Part shown: in pieces, positions 1 through 9,291 of the stretch | Layout of the letters: every line of letters begins with the position of its first letter | Position numbering within the stretch: the first letter of the stretch is position 1 | Sequence record: NC_048195.1 | Origin: Escherichia phage vB_EcoM_WFC | DNA: 64,000 bases | Direction: 5' to 3' (one strand) | The notes under the pieces: model-generated | Database searches by the model: none | What the model was told of the DNA's origin: nothing | What the model saw: only the letters and a program-made list of their open reading frames with translations | Position numbers and translations under genes: made by a program

Positions 1-34
1 GCTAGACGTTTCAACTTCCAACTGCACCATCGAT

Positions 35-286
35 TCACAGTTCATCTCCAGATTGCAAAATAAGACCCGCATAGAGGATTGCCAAAGCCAAAGGTGCACC
101 ACCACCAGCCTCTCTATTCTCTTTGATTTGAAGAGTATCCTTAAGGAATTGCAACTGAACGTTGAATTCATTTTCAATTCCAAGAACTCCAGCCAATTCT
201 TTTACAGAATCTGCATATGCCTTGTCTAGCAATTCTTTTGGTACTGTTAAAGTCAATTCATTTGCCATTTTCTTTCCACTCCACAA
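35..286 (-). CDS. hypothetical protein (83 aa)
   Basis: Minus-strand ORF at window start, co-directional with two neighbours; no recognisable motif. Confidence 0.3.
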   Translation of the reverse strand: MWSGKKMANELTLTVPKELLDKAYADSVKELAGVLGIENEFNVQLQFLKDTLQIKENREAGGGAPLALAILYAGLILQSGDEL

Positions 287-479
287 ATGTGCTGCCGCTT
301 GTTTCTCTATTTAGCAGGTATCTGCCGCGCATTCCATGAAGGCTGAATTCAACCGTCGATGGATTAGATTTTGAAAGCCATATAGGTTGTCCGTCGAATG
401 GACCGCCTATGCATGTGTATTTAGCTTTTGGCTCACTCCTTTTGGGCCGTTTTGCCCGCTCTTTGATTGATAGTCTCAT
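258..479 (-). CDS. hypothetical protein (73 aa)
   Basis: Minus-strand ORF; its stop region overlaps the next ORF by 29 nt, so the true start may be internal. Confidence 0.3.
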   Translation of the reverse strand: MRLSIKERAKRPKRSEPKAKYTCIGGPFDGQPIWLSKSNPSTVEFSLHGMRGRYLLNRETSGSTFVEWKENGK

Positions 480-694
480 CAGTCTTCACCTTGAGATTCC
501 AGACAAGTAAGGACAAGCCACGTCATCGGAAGAATCAAAACCAGAGAAATGAGGGACCAGATAGACCAGCACAAGATGACAGACTTGAATGTGTGAACGT
601 CGCCAAACGCAGCAGTAAAACAGAATCCCATCACAAATGCAATAGCGGTGGAATGGTTGTCTATGGCTTTTATGGCACGGTCGATGAGTTTCAT
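479..694 (-). CDS. small membrane protein, two predicted TM helices (holin-like topology)
   Basis: 71 aa with two hydrophobic stretches (AIAFVMGFCFTAAFG and ILCWSIWSLISLVLILPMTWLVL). Confidence 0.4.
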   Translation of the reverse strand: MKLIDRAIKAIDNHSTAIAFVMGFCFTAAFGDVHTFKSVILCWSIWSLISLVLILPMTWLVLTCLESQGED

Positions 695-768
695 ATTACC
701 TCCGGTTTTGAGTTAATATGATTATAACGCAGAGTCTCAGAAAGGCAAACTTTTTGTGAATTTTAATC

Positions 769-795
769 AAAAAAATGGCCAGAAAAAATCTGGCC
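769..795 (-). terminator. putative intrinsic terminator on the minus strand
   Basis: Inverted repeat GGCCAG/CTGGCC (777-782 / 790-795) with a 7-nt loop; the A-run at 769-775 is a U-run on the minus-strand transcript. Confidence 0.35.
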
Positions 796-841
796 GAAAG
801 ATCACCCTTTATCCACTACTAAGCTGGAATCATAATTTTAC

Positions 842-871
842 TTGATATAGCTTGTACAAGCAAACTATAAT
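842..871 (+). promoter_or_regulatory. sigma70-like promoter candidate upstream of the large terminase gene
   Basis: TTGATA (842-847), 18-nt spacer, TATAAT (866-871); the -10 abuts the ATG at 872, implying a leaderless start or a downstream start codon. Confidence 0.3.
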
Positions 872-2332
872 ATGAATAAAATATTAACACATAATTGGAA
901 ATTCATGTACCAGTTGAATCCTGCTTTAAAAGAAGTCTGGAAGACAAAAGCGCGATACAAAGTAATATACGGCGGTCGTGCATCTTCCAAATCGCATGAT
1001 GCCGCTGGTTTTGCTATTTATTTGGCGGCAAACTTCAAATTAAAATTCCTTTGCGTTCGACAATTCCAGAACAAGATTTCTGAATCTGTATATACTCTAT
1101 TAAAAGATAAAATAGAGATTTCTGATTTTAAAGATGAGTTCAATTTATTAAAGAACTCTATCGAGCATAAAAGAACTAAATCTGAATTTCTATTTTACGG
1201 TATCGCACGTAACGTTGATGAAATTAAATCAACGGAAGGTGTTGATGTTCTTTGGCTGGAAGAAGCGCACGCACTTACTGAAGAACAGTGGGACATTATT
1301 GAGCCGACAATCCGTAAAGAAGGGTCAGAAATATGGATCATCTTTAACCCTGATGAAGAGGCCGATTTCGTCTACCAAAACTTTGTTATGCGACCGCCGA
1401 AGAATGCCATAGTTAAAAAGATAAACTGGCAAGACAACCCATTCTTGTCGCAAACAATGCTGGATGTTATCGCAGGCATGTACGAGCGCGACCCGAAAAA
1501 GGCAGAGCACGTTTATGGCGGCGTGCCGAAGACTGGCGGCGATAAATCTGTAATCAACCGTGCATTCGTTAAGGCCGCTCTTAATCTCCACAAACACCCT
1601 ACGCTGGGCTGGAGTTTGTCAGGGTCTAACCGTATAGGCTTTGACGTAGCGGACGATGGCGACGACCTTAACGCCACTGCATTCGTCACAGGAAACGTAT
1701 TGCGCGGCATCAAGACGTGGGAAGGTCTGGAAGATGAATTGTTGAAATCGGCAAGCGGAGTTTGGAAAGATGCGCTTACATTTGGCGCTTCTATAACTTA
1801 TGACGCCATCGGTGTCGGCGCTTTTGCTGGTTCAAAATTTGATGAACTAAACGAGTATGCAATACATGAAAATCCATCATTTCCAAGAATCGAATTTAAT
1901 GCGTTCAACGCGCAAGGGTCTGTTGATGATCCTGATGACGTTTTTCTTGAGCTACCACACGTTGAAATACTCAATAAAGACCATTTCGCAAACATAAAAG
2001 CGCAAAAGTGGACTGAAATTGCAGAGAGATTCAGAAAGACATACGAATATGCAACTGGGCAAGCCGTATATCCGACTGATGAATTGATTTCAATCGACAC
2101 CGATGGTATACCGGAACTTGGGATTCCAGCTTGGACTACTGAAGAGATTGAGACGTTTCTTTTTGAGATGTCAGCGCCGCGCAAAGATACGTCTGTTCTT
2201 GGCAAGTTCAAAGTTGAATCTAAAAAGGATATGGCAAAGCGTGGAGTCAAATCACCTAACAAAGCGGACGCAGCAATCATGGCATTGATGAAACCAATCG
2301 TTGCAGCATCCGGCTTCTTCTCTAACCTTTAA
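872..2332 (+). CDS. terminase large subunit
   Basis: 486 aa; N-terminal Walker A-like GGRASSKS about 35 residues in, followed by a nuclease-like C-terminal half; first gene of the structural block. Start could instead be the ATG at 905. Confidence 0.9.
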   Translation: MNKILTHNWKFMYQLNPALKEVWKTKARYKVIYGGRASSKSHDAAGFAIYLAANFKLKFLCVRQFQNKISESVYTLLKDKIEISDFKDEFNLLKNSIEHKRTKSEFLFYGIARNVDEIKSTEGVDVLWLEEAHALTEEQWDIIEPTIRKEGSEIWIIFNPDEEADFVYQNFVMRPPKNAIVKKINWQDNPFLSQTMLDVIAGMYERDPKKAEHVYGGVPKTGGDKSVINRAFVKAALNLHKHPTLGWSLSGSNRIGFDVADDGDDLNATAFVTGNVLRGIKTWEGLEDELLKSASGVWKDALTFGASITYDAIGVGAFAGSKFDELNEYAIHENPSFPRIEFNAFNAQGSVDDPDDVFLELPHVEILNKDHFANIKAQKWTEIAERFRKTYEYATGQAVYPTDELISIDTDGIPELGIPAWTTEEIETFLFEMSAPRKDTSVLGKFKVESKKDMAKRGVKSPNKADAAIMALMKPIVAASGFFSNL

Positions 2333-2335
2333 CAA

Positions 2336-2575
2336 TTAAAGCATTCCGTGCTGAAGGTCTAGTTTTCTTGCAGCAAATGACCTGGCACGGAATCGCTTAC
2401 CCGCTCTTACTGCCTGCCGAATCTTCTTTTGCATACACTTACGGTCAAAATCGTTGCGGTCAACGGCTTCGAGCAAATCCCGACGCAAAGCACCTAGTGT
2501 CGCCTTTTCGGATAATTCTACGCCCAGCGCGGCTGCAACGTCTTTCAAAACATCGAGTTCGGTTAACGTTCTCAT
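2336..2575 (-). CDS. small basic protein with N-terminal helix-extension-helix (Rho_N/SAP-like) motif
   Basis: 79 aa; LTELDVLKDVAAALGVEL pattern then Arg/Lys-rich tail; second gene of a two-gene minus-strand unit inside the + strand structural block. Confidence 0.4.
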   Translation of the reverse strand: MRTLTELDVLKDVAAALGVELSEKATLGALRRDLLEAVDRNDFDRKCMQKKIRQAVRAGKRFRARSFAARKLDLQHGML

Positions 2576-2988
2576 TTGATGATCCCCTTGATGTCTGATT
2601 CTGCCATAAAGATTGGAGTGCCGCCGCCAGGAACAATCGAGCGCGTTACTTTGTCGAACATATCGTTCTCTTCAACTTGAATACGATAAAATTTATTTTT
2701 GGATGAAGATGGGCACAATCCAATAAATTTACCAATGCCGCGAACGCATTCATCTTCAAAGTATACTGTTTCACCTTGAATGGATTCGATGTTTTCAACC
2801 GGATACACCTTGCGACCTAAAAGCCATTCATCCATGGTCGCCTGCAACACGTTTCGCGCATCCAAAATCCAAGGGTCAACTGTGGCACCTTCATATCGCG
2901 CAGCAGTGGCTTTTGCCAGCTCTTCATATTCGCATACGTTTACTACTTCGCCTTGATGAAGGACGACAAATACAATTGTTGTGCTCAT
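2572..2988 (-). CDS. hypothetical protein (138 aa)
   Basis: Overlaps the downstream ORF by 4 nt (operon-like); AT-rich promoter-like region at 2989-3117. Confidence 0.4.
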   Translation of the reverse strand: MSTTIVFVVLHQGEVVNVCEYEELAKATAARYEGATVDPWILDARNVLQATMDEWLLGRKVYPVENIESIQGETVYFEDECVRGIGKFIGLCPSSSKNKFYRIQVEENDMFDKVTRSIVPGGGTPIFMAESDIKGIIK

Positions 2989-3150
2989 TTCAATCTCCTT
3001 TCGTTTGGTTAACTAAAATATAACTCAAAATGATACAAAAGCAAAATATTTTATGAACTATTTATGATTACTATACATATCATTTGCTTACAAACACATG
3101 AATATTTATAATATAGATTGATTCCCTTTCACTGTCAGGTGGCGTTAACA

Positions 3151-5526
3151 ATGAAAATTCTTGGCATAAAACTCTGGGAGAAGACGCAACCAGAAGCCGA
3201 ACCAGCGGAGATGCCGCCAGGCGACCCATTGGCACCGTTTGAACGCCTGGAAAGGCGCGGCAGCGGTCAACGCTGGGATAAGACCGAAAGCAACCGCCCG
3301 ACCTTTAAAACCGTTGATGACTTTCCTTTATATGAGCCTGATATCAACGGGGACGGTGTTGCAATCATCAAAGGTCGCTCAGTAGATTCAGCAACCGTAT
3401 CCAAAAAAGTTATGGATAATGCTTTGAAGAACATCAGTTCAGAAGGGCAGGTTAATCCATACACAGTACCTATTCAGTTGCAAAACTGGTACTTATCGCA
3501 ATCATTTATCGGATATCAAGCTTGCGCCATCATCGCGCAGCACTGGCTGGTGAACAAGGCTTGTTCCATGGTAGGCCGCGATGCGGTCCGTAAAGGCTGG
3601 GAAGTCAAATCCAGTTCTGAGTCCGAATTATCAGTGCAGGCCAGCGAACGCCTAAAGCAAATTGATAAAGAATTTAATATCAAAGAGCACTTAGTTGAAG
3701 CCGAACGATTCAAAAATATTTTTGGTATCCGCGTCATCATATTTGATGTGCGTAGCGATGACCCAGAATACTACAGTAAACCTTTTAACATTGATGGTGT
3801 GACAAAGGGGTCTTATAAGGGGATCATTCAGGTTGACCCTTATTGGATGATGCCATTTCTGACGTCTGAAAACACCGCCGACCCTGCTTCACAGCACTTT
3901 TATGATCCAGAATACTGGGTGATCAGCGGACAACGTTATCATCGCAGCCACCTCATCATATTGCGCAACGATGAGCCAGCTGATATTCTTAAGCCGACTT
4001 ACATCTACGGCGGCATTCCTCTAACTCAGCAGATTTATGAACGCATCTATGCCGCTGAACGTACCGCTAACGAAGCACCATTGTTGGCGATGTCTAAACG
4101 TACAACGACACTACGGACCGACGTTGACAAGGCGATTGCCAATGAGCGGTCTTTTGCCGAACGCCTGATGATGTGGATTAAGTACCGCGACAACTATGCT
4201 GTTAAGGTACTTGGCCAAAAAGAAGAAATGGACCAGTTCGACATCAACTTGTCAGACTTCGACAGCATCATCATGAACCAGTACCAGCTGGTGGCCGCAA
4301 TCGCAAAAGTTCCGTCGACCAAACTGCTTGGGACTTCGCCAAAAGGCTTTAACGCCACTGGTGAATTTGAGATGGTCAGCTATCACGAAGAGTTGGAAAC
4401 GTGCCAGCAGCATGACCTGACAAAAATTCTCGACCGCCATTACAAAATCCTTCTCAAATCAGAAGGGGTGGAAGTCGACGTTAAGGTTGCATGGGAACCA
4501 GTTGGCTCACTTACTGCTACTCAACTTGCAGAAATCAACGACAAGCGAGCTAACACTGGCAAAACTCTCATTGATGCTGGCGTCATTTCTCCTGATGAAG
4601 AGCGCGACCGCATCAAAGACGACAAAAACAGCGGTTACAACCGTCTGCCGGAAGATGCAGCAGAAGAAACCCCAGGGATGTCTCCAGAGAATATGGCATT
4701 GCTTGGCAAGTCTGCTGGTGAAGTCCTGCAAGGTAAGGCTGATATTGAACAGGCAAAAGCTGATGTCGTTAAGATGGGCGGCCAGTTCTATAGCGAGACT
4801 GGTATTATGCCAGAAGGTGCCGCGCGTGGTGAGTTGGCGGAAAACCCTGACAGAGCACCTGTCGAAATTAACATGGACGATACCGATGATGAATCAAACC
4901 ATCAGGTTGATGTCCTAACGCAGTTGAAAGAAGGTCTGGAGGGTATTGCGGATTACTACCTGAAAGAAGGTCAGGATGTGGATTTTGACCCTCAAAAAGA
5001 TTCACGGTCGGTGCAGCCGTCTACCCTTCCAAGCGTCAAAGGTAATGTCGTAAACTTACGACACAACGTTGGCGAGATGGACGCAGCATCATTACCTAAG
5101 ATGAAGTTGCACGGAATGATTCTTGGGATTGAGAATCCTCGCAACAGCATCCGTAGAGGAAATAGCCTTGACGGTGAATGGGCAGTCAAGATGCCGCACC
5201 ACTACGGATTCATCAAAGGCACCAAGGGCGCGGACGGCGATGAAGTCGACTGCTTTGTTGGCACAAATCTGAAGTCGCCGAAGGTCTTTATCGTGAACCA
5301 AAACGATAACTACTCTGGCGAGTTCGATGAACACAAGTGCATGCTTGGATTCGATTCAGCAGAAGAAGCAAAAGAAGCTTATCAGGCATCATTTGGTAAC
5401 GGTTGGAACGGATTCGACTCAATCCACGAATTAGATGTGAACTCATTCAAAGAGTGGTTGAAGGGTGATTGCTCTCAAGCATACGGAGCACTCAATAATC
5501 CTACTAATTCACCGAAGCAAGGTTGA
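3151..5526 (+). CDS. portal protein with C-terminal inorganic-pyrophosphatase-like domain
   Basis: About 790 aa immediately after the terminase gene; ATG at 3151 is preceded by AGGTGG (the ORF track starts at TTG 3118). The final ~120 aa contain HYGFIKGTKGADGDEVDCFVG, which fits the family I pyrophosphatase signature D-[SGDN]-D-[PE]-[LIVMF]-D-[LIVMGAC]. Confidence 0.65.
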   Translation: MKILGIKLWEKTQPEAEPAEMPPGDPLAPFERLERRGSGQRWDKTESNRPTFKTVDDFPLYEPDINGDGVAIIKGRSVDSATVSKKVMDNALKNISSEGQVNPYTVPIQLQNWYLSQSFIGYQACAIIAQHWLVNKACSMVGRDAVRKGWEVKSSSESELSVQASERLKQIDKEFNIKEHLVEAERFKNIFGIRVIIFDVRSDDPEYYSKPFNIDGVTKGSYKGIIQVDPYWMMPFLTSENTADPASQHFYDPEYWVISGQRYHRSHLIILRNDEPADILKPTYIYGGIPLTQQIYERIYAAERTANEAPLLAMSKRTTTLRTDVDKAIANERSFAERLMMWIKYRDNYAVKVLGQKEEMDQFDINLSDFDSIIMNQYQLVAAIAKVPSTKLLGTSPKGFNATGEFEMVSYHEELETCQQHDLTKILDRHYKILLKSEGVEVDVKVAWEPVGSLTATQLAEINDKRANTGKTLIDAGVISPDEERDRIKDDKNSGYNRLPEDAAEETPGMSPENMALLGKSAGEVLQGKADIEQAKADVVKMGGQFYSETGIMPEGAARGELAENPDRAPVEINMDDTDDESNHQVDVLTQLKEGLEGIADYYLKEGQDVDFDPQKDSRSVQPSTLPSVKGNVVNLRHNVGEMDAASLPKMKLHGMILGIENPRNSIRRGNSLDGEWAVKMPHHYGFIKGTKGADGDEVDCFVGTNLKSPKVFIVNQNDNYSGEFDEHKCMLGFDSAEEAKEAYQASFGNGWNGFDSIHELDVNSFKEWLKGDCSQAYGALNNPTNSPKQG

Positions 5527-5527
5527 T

Positions 5528-6379
5528 ATGGCTTTTAAAGCTTCGAAAAAACGTGAACGCCGCTCACCCGATAGAATCGGGCGCGGCAGTCCGATAATCC
5601 CATCAAACGCTATTGCGATGGCCTACCGTCGTGAGATGAAAGGTCTTTGCTATGCGATGATTGATGACTATCAGGCAGGCATTTCAGAATGGCTTGACAA
5701 GAAGCAGGTGCAGAAGTTTTTTGCGCAAGACTCTGCTGATTCGACATTCCAGACCCTTATGAAACGGCTGCAACTGAAATGGGCAAAGGCGTTTGCACGT
5801 GTTGGGTCGAAGATTGCCGCTGATTTTATCAAATCGGTCGAAAAGGGTGCCACTTCTGCTACATTCGCAAGCCTTAAGTCCGCAGGCATAGAAGCGCCAA
5901 AGGCCACATATAACAAATTCGTTGAGAACACTCTTAGAACAAGCGAGAAGTTTAACACGACTCTAGTGACTAAGGTCGGCGAGGATATTCACAACAGAGT
6001 GTACGAAGCAGTCATGCTTTCGCTGACTTCTCCCGACCCAGCCCAGCAAGGCACGTCAGGCATTCAGGCGGCATTGCGAAACGTAAAACACTTCTCTGCA
6101 AAGAGAGTCGACTTGATCGCTAAAGACCAGACAAGCAAATTGTATTGCGTTCTAAGCGATGAAAGGATGCGCCAGAATGGAGTCGAAGAATTTGAGTGGG
6201 CGCACTCAGGAGCAGGAAAGGAGCCGCGAATCTCTCATGAACACGTCGACGGAATGAGATTCAAACTTGATGACAAGCGCCTATGGGAAGTTGGCGGCGA
6301 ATTGAAGTTCAAAAAGGGTGACATCGGTCCTCCTGGATGGGCAATACACTGCAAGTGCAGAAAAATACCAATCATTTGA
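5528..6379 (+). CDS. head morphogenesis protein (Mu F / SPP1 gp7-like)
   Basis: 284 aa directly after the portal gene (ATG 5528 adjacent to the portal stop); sequence pattern remembered for minor head proteins of this family. Confidence 0.7.
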   Translation: MAFKASKKRERRSPDRIGRGSPIIPSNAIAMAYRREMKGLCYAMIDDYQAGISEWLDKKQVQKFFAQDSADSTFQTLMKRLQLKWAKAFARVGSKIAADFIKSVEKGATSATFASLKSAGIEAPKATYNKFVENTLRTSEKFNTTLVTKVGEDIHNRVYEAVMLSLTSPDPAQQGTSGIQAALRNVKHFSAKRVDLIAKDQTSKLYCVLSDERMRQNGVEEFEWAHSGAGKEPRISHEHVDGMRFKLDDKRLWEVGGELKFKKGDIGPPGWAIHCKCRKIPII

Positions 6380-6386
6380 GGTCATT

Positions 6387-7307
6387 ATGACGATACCAAT
6401 CAGCACGTTTCCTCTATCTGGACAAACGCCAGTATTGCCTGCTGTATATGCTAACGGTTTGGCGATTGTTTCAGAATTTACATCCGATAAAAACCTGATT
6501 GTTCCATTGAGTCCGCCATTGGCGTCTGGATACAATTCAGTTGGTCAATTCTTTATGATCGGTAATGATGGCGATTCTACCAGCAAGCCGAATCTGACAC
6601 TTTCAGTTCCCAAAATGAACATAACAGACGTGCAGACTGGTTTAACTGCATCTACAATCACCATCGCTTTTGGAGAAGCAGTGATTATAGGAATGGAGTC
6701 TGGAGGGTCAAAGAATGCTGTCGCCGTTAAAGTGGTCAAATCAAGCGGCAACCAATACACGTTACCAGCGGCAACGGCTTCTGTTCTCGGCGGCGTCAAA
6801 ATAGGAAGCGGAATAAGCGTCGCAGGTGACGGTACAATTAGCGTTACTCAATACTCATTGCCGATTGCGTCAGCATCTACTTTAGGCGGCGTAAAGGTCG
6901 GTACAACTCTATCAATTGATGGTTCCGGTGTGCTTAACGCAGCGGAAAGCACCGTCCAGAATGCCACGAACAGTGTTAGCAATCCTCCAACCACTTTGGT
7001 TAATCTGGCGACCTTAAACCTTCCTGCAGGAAAGTGGCTTGTGACGGCAAGTCAGTTGACTGTCGCGACAGCAGGAATTCAAGCGAATACCGGAATTACA
7101 GCCAAATTGTCAACAAGCGATTCAGATATTACGGATGATGCATTTACGATGTCAGCTGGCATTCGGGCTGCAGGTCGTTTCGGCGGCAATATTCCAACAA
7201 AGATAATCACTCTTGCCGCGCCTGGCAACGTGTATCTAAACTATCAATGCACAGAGGCGTTGACATCTACCGTTTACGGACAGATCACCGCAATCAAGCT
7301 GAACTAA
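6387..7307 (+). CDS. structural protein with tandem fibre-like repeats
   Basis: RBS GAGGT before ATG 6387; internal repeats TLPAATASVLGGVKIG / SLPIASASTLGGVKVG typical of phage fibre or decoration proteins. Confidence 0.55.
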   Translation: MTIPISTFPLSGQTPVLPAVYANGLAIVSEFTSDKNLIVPLSPPLASGYNSVGQFFMIGNDGDSTSKPNLTLSVPKMNITDVQTGLTASTITIAFGEAVIIGMESGGSKNAVAVKVVKSSGNQYTLPAATASVLGGVKIGSGISVAGDGTISVTQYSLPIASASTLGGVKVGTTLSIDGSGVLNAAESTVQNATNSVSNPPTTLVNLATLNLPAGKWLVTASQLTVATAGIQANTGITAKLSTSDSDITDDAFTMSAGIRAAGRFGGNIPTKIITLAAPGNVYLNYQCTEALTSTVYGQITAIKLN

Positions 7308-7317
7308 AGAGGAAGTT

Positions 7318-7455
7318 ATGCAAAAGATTATTCAGTCACGTTATGTTAAAGTGCGAAATATTAATTGCAACTCTTTGCTTTCTTGGAAATGGGCTGTTTA
7401 TGACTCAATGCTGATTGGCGTTTTAGTTGCAGGAGTGCTATTTAATATCCACTGA
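7318..7455 (+). CDS. small hydrophobic protein (45 aa)
   Basis: ATG 7318 preceded by AGAGGAAG RBS; C-terminal hydrophobic segment MLIGVLVAGVLF; not in the ORF track (below its size cutoff). Confidence 0.35.
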   Translation: MQKIIQSRYVKVRNINCNSLLSWKWAVYDSMLIGVLVAGVLFNIH

Positions 7456-7496
7456 ATTCATCGGCAAAGGATTGCCGCGAGTTTTATACGTATAAT

Positions 7497-7760
7497 GACG
7501 TATCATACGTATCAAGTAAGTTATTGTTTTCAAAAGAATCTTACGGATGATACGGATGATACGCGTTGCCGCCGTACTATATAGGAATTCAAATAAATTA
7601 ATTTAAAATTATATATCTAATTTAATTTTATTTTTTTATAAACTCTTATATATGAAAAGTATCCGTATCATCCGTATCATCCGTAGCACACCAGTGATAG
7701 CGCGGCTTATACACCGATACGGATAAAAATACGCCTCATTTTATCCGTATCATCCGTATC
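7497..7760. repeat. iteron-like CCGTATCAT repeats in both orientations flanking an AT-rich core (region A)
   Basis: ACGTATCATACGTATCA (7497-7516), CTTACGGATGATACGGATGATACG (7540-7563), ATCCGTATCATCCGTATCATCCGTA (7661-7685), TATCCGTATCATCCGTATC (7742-7760); AT-rich core about 7575-7650. Homologous to region B at 60018-60347. Confidence 0.6.
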
Positions 7761-7818
7761 ACACTAATAAAGGCGCGGCTATATCGGTTGTTATACATAT
7801 TCAAACCATAATTATTGT

Positions 7819-7847
7819 TTGCCTAAGTTTTTTTCATTAGATATAAT
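7819..7847 (+). promoter_or_regulatory. sigma70-like promoter upstream of the scaffold/capsid genes
   Basis: TTGCCT (7819-7824), 17-nt spacer, TATAAT (7842-7847), then GAGGGTGG RBS and ATG 7871. Confidence 0.45.
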
Positions 7848-7870
7848 ACACAATACTTATTTGAGGGTGG

Positions 7871-9289
7871 ATGCGAATGCAAACGGCACGCGAAATTGAC
7901 AAAAATGGATTCTTGACGATTATGGGTTGTCCAATTTCGTCATTTGGCATTTTTGATTATTCTGCTGGTCAAGTTGGTCTTGATGGTGATCCGAATCGCA
8001 TCGTAAAAGTCTATCGCCCTGAGTCAGCGGTGAAAGACCCCGAAGCGATAGATTCATTCAAAAATATCCCTTTCATCGACAATCACGAAATGCTTTCTGG
8101 ATTTGAAGGTGATGAGGATAACACAGCACCCGAAGAGTATGGAGTTGATGGCGTTCTGACTGGCAATGTTTATTATGACAAGCCATGGATGCGCGGCGAC
8201 CTTAAAGTGTTTAGCCGTCGTCTGAAGAAGGCCATTGATTCTGGAAAGGTTGACTTGTCTTTGGGCTATGACTGTGAATTCATCATACAGTCTGGAGAGT
8301 TTGACGGGCAGCCGTATGAAGTGGTGCAGACAACTCTTCGCGGCAACCACATTGCTCTCGTGGACGTTGGTCGAGTACCAGGTGCACGGGTGCTGGATGG
8401 TCGTTGCTTTGACCATCTTTGTTTGACGACTGTAACACCATCCAACGAGGATTTAGACATGCCAAAACCGTTAAAAGGTAAAGCGCGTGATAATGCTGTT
8501 GAACAGCTGAAATCACTGATCCCTGCGCTCGAACAATTTCTGAACGAAGAGAGTACTGAAGCTGCTCATCAGGATGAAGTTGAAGTGAAAGCAGAAGAGA
8601 AGGACTCAACCGAAAATCGTGAAGAAGTAATGGTTGATCCAGAAGTCAAGGCAGAAGCAGAAGAAACCCCAGAAGGTGAAGAGAAGTTTGAAGTTGAAAC
8701 TGAATCTCACGCTGGCGGCGAACTTCCGCAATTGATCAGCCAAATCGAAGCACTTATTGCAAAACTGAAAGGTGGCGCGGTAGGTGATGAAGAAGAAGTT
8801 GAAGCCGAAGTCAAAGACGAAGAAGTTGAAGTCAAGGCTGAAGATGTATCACCTTGCGACAAAGCTGAAGATGTGGTTAGCGGCCTGCAAAACAGCAACG
8901 TAAAGGGGGCTTCGGTCGAAAAAGATGACAAACCGACAAAAGCGGCGAAAGCGTCGCCAGGTCCAGCAAAAGGGGAACACTCAATGGCATCTGATTCAGC
9001 AGTTGCTGCTTTCTACGCTGATTCTGCTCGTAAGAATAGCCTCTACCAGCGCCTGTCTAAAGTTGTTGGTGCCTTTGATCATGCAACTATGGACTCCAAG
9101 TCCGTAGCGAAATATGGCGCTAAAAAGTTAGGCTTGAAGTGCGTTGATGGTGCTGAGTTTGACGTGGTGGATAATTATCTGCGCGGCGTTGAGCACGGTC
9201 AGAAACAGCGTGTAGTCGCAAAACAAAAGGCCGCTGCGGATTCTGCAGCAACTGACGAAGCATTTGAAGCTTGGTTGAAAGGGGAATAA
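7871..9289 (+). CDS. scaffolding-like protein (N-terminal domain plus acidic Glu/Lys-rich region)
   Basis: 472 aa; conserved-looking N-terminal 190 aa followed by long EVKAEE-type acidic low-complexity segment; sits between head morphogenesis and capsid genes. Confidence 0.55.
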   Translation: MRMQTAREIDKNGFLTIMGCPISSFGIFDYSAGQVGLDGDPNRIVKVYRPESAVKDPEAIDSFKNIPFIDNHEMLSGFEGDEDNTAPEEYGVDGVLTGNVYYDKPWMRGDLKVFSRRLKKAIDSGKVDLSLGYDCEFIIQSGEFDGQPYEVVQTTLRGNHIALVDVGRVPGARVLDGRCFDHLCLTTVTPSNEDLDMPKPLKGKARDNAVEQLKSLIPALEQFLNEESTEAAHQDEVEVKAEEKDSTENREEVMVDPEVKAEAEETPEGEEKFEVETESHAGGELPQLISQIEALIAKLKGGAVGDEEEVEAEVKDEEVEVKAEDVSPCDKAEDVVSGLQNSNVKGASVEKDDKPTKAAKASPGPAKGEHSMASDSAVAAFYADSARKNSLYQRLSKVVGAFDHATMDSKSVAKYGAKKLGLKCVDGAEFDVVDNYLRGVEHGQKQRVVAKQKAAADSAATDEAFEAWLKGE

Positions 9290-9291
9290 AC

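Noticed and set aside
3118-3150. TTG start at 3118 for the portal ORF as given in the ORF track
   Set aside because: An in-frame ATG at 3151 is preceded by an AGGTGG ribosome-binding site at the correct spacing, so the shorter start is preferred.
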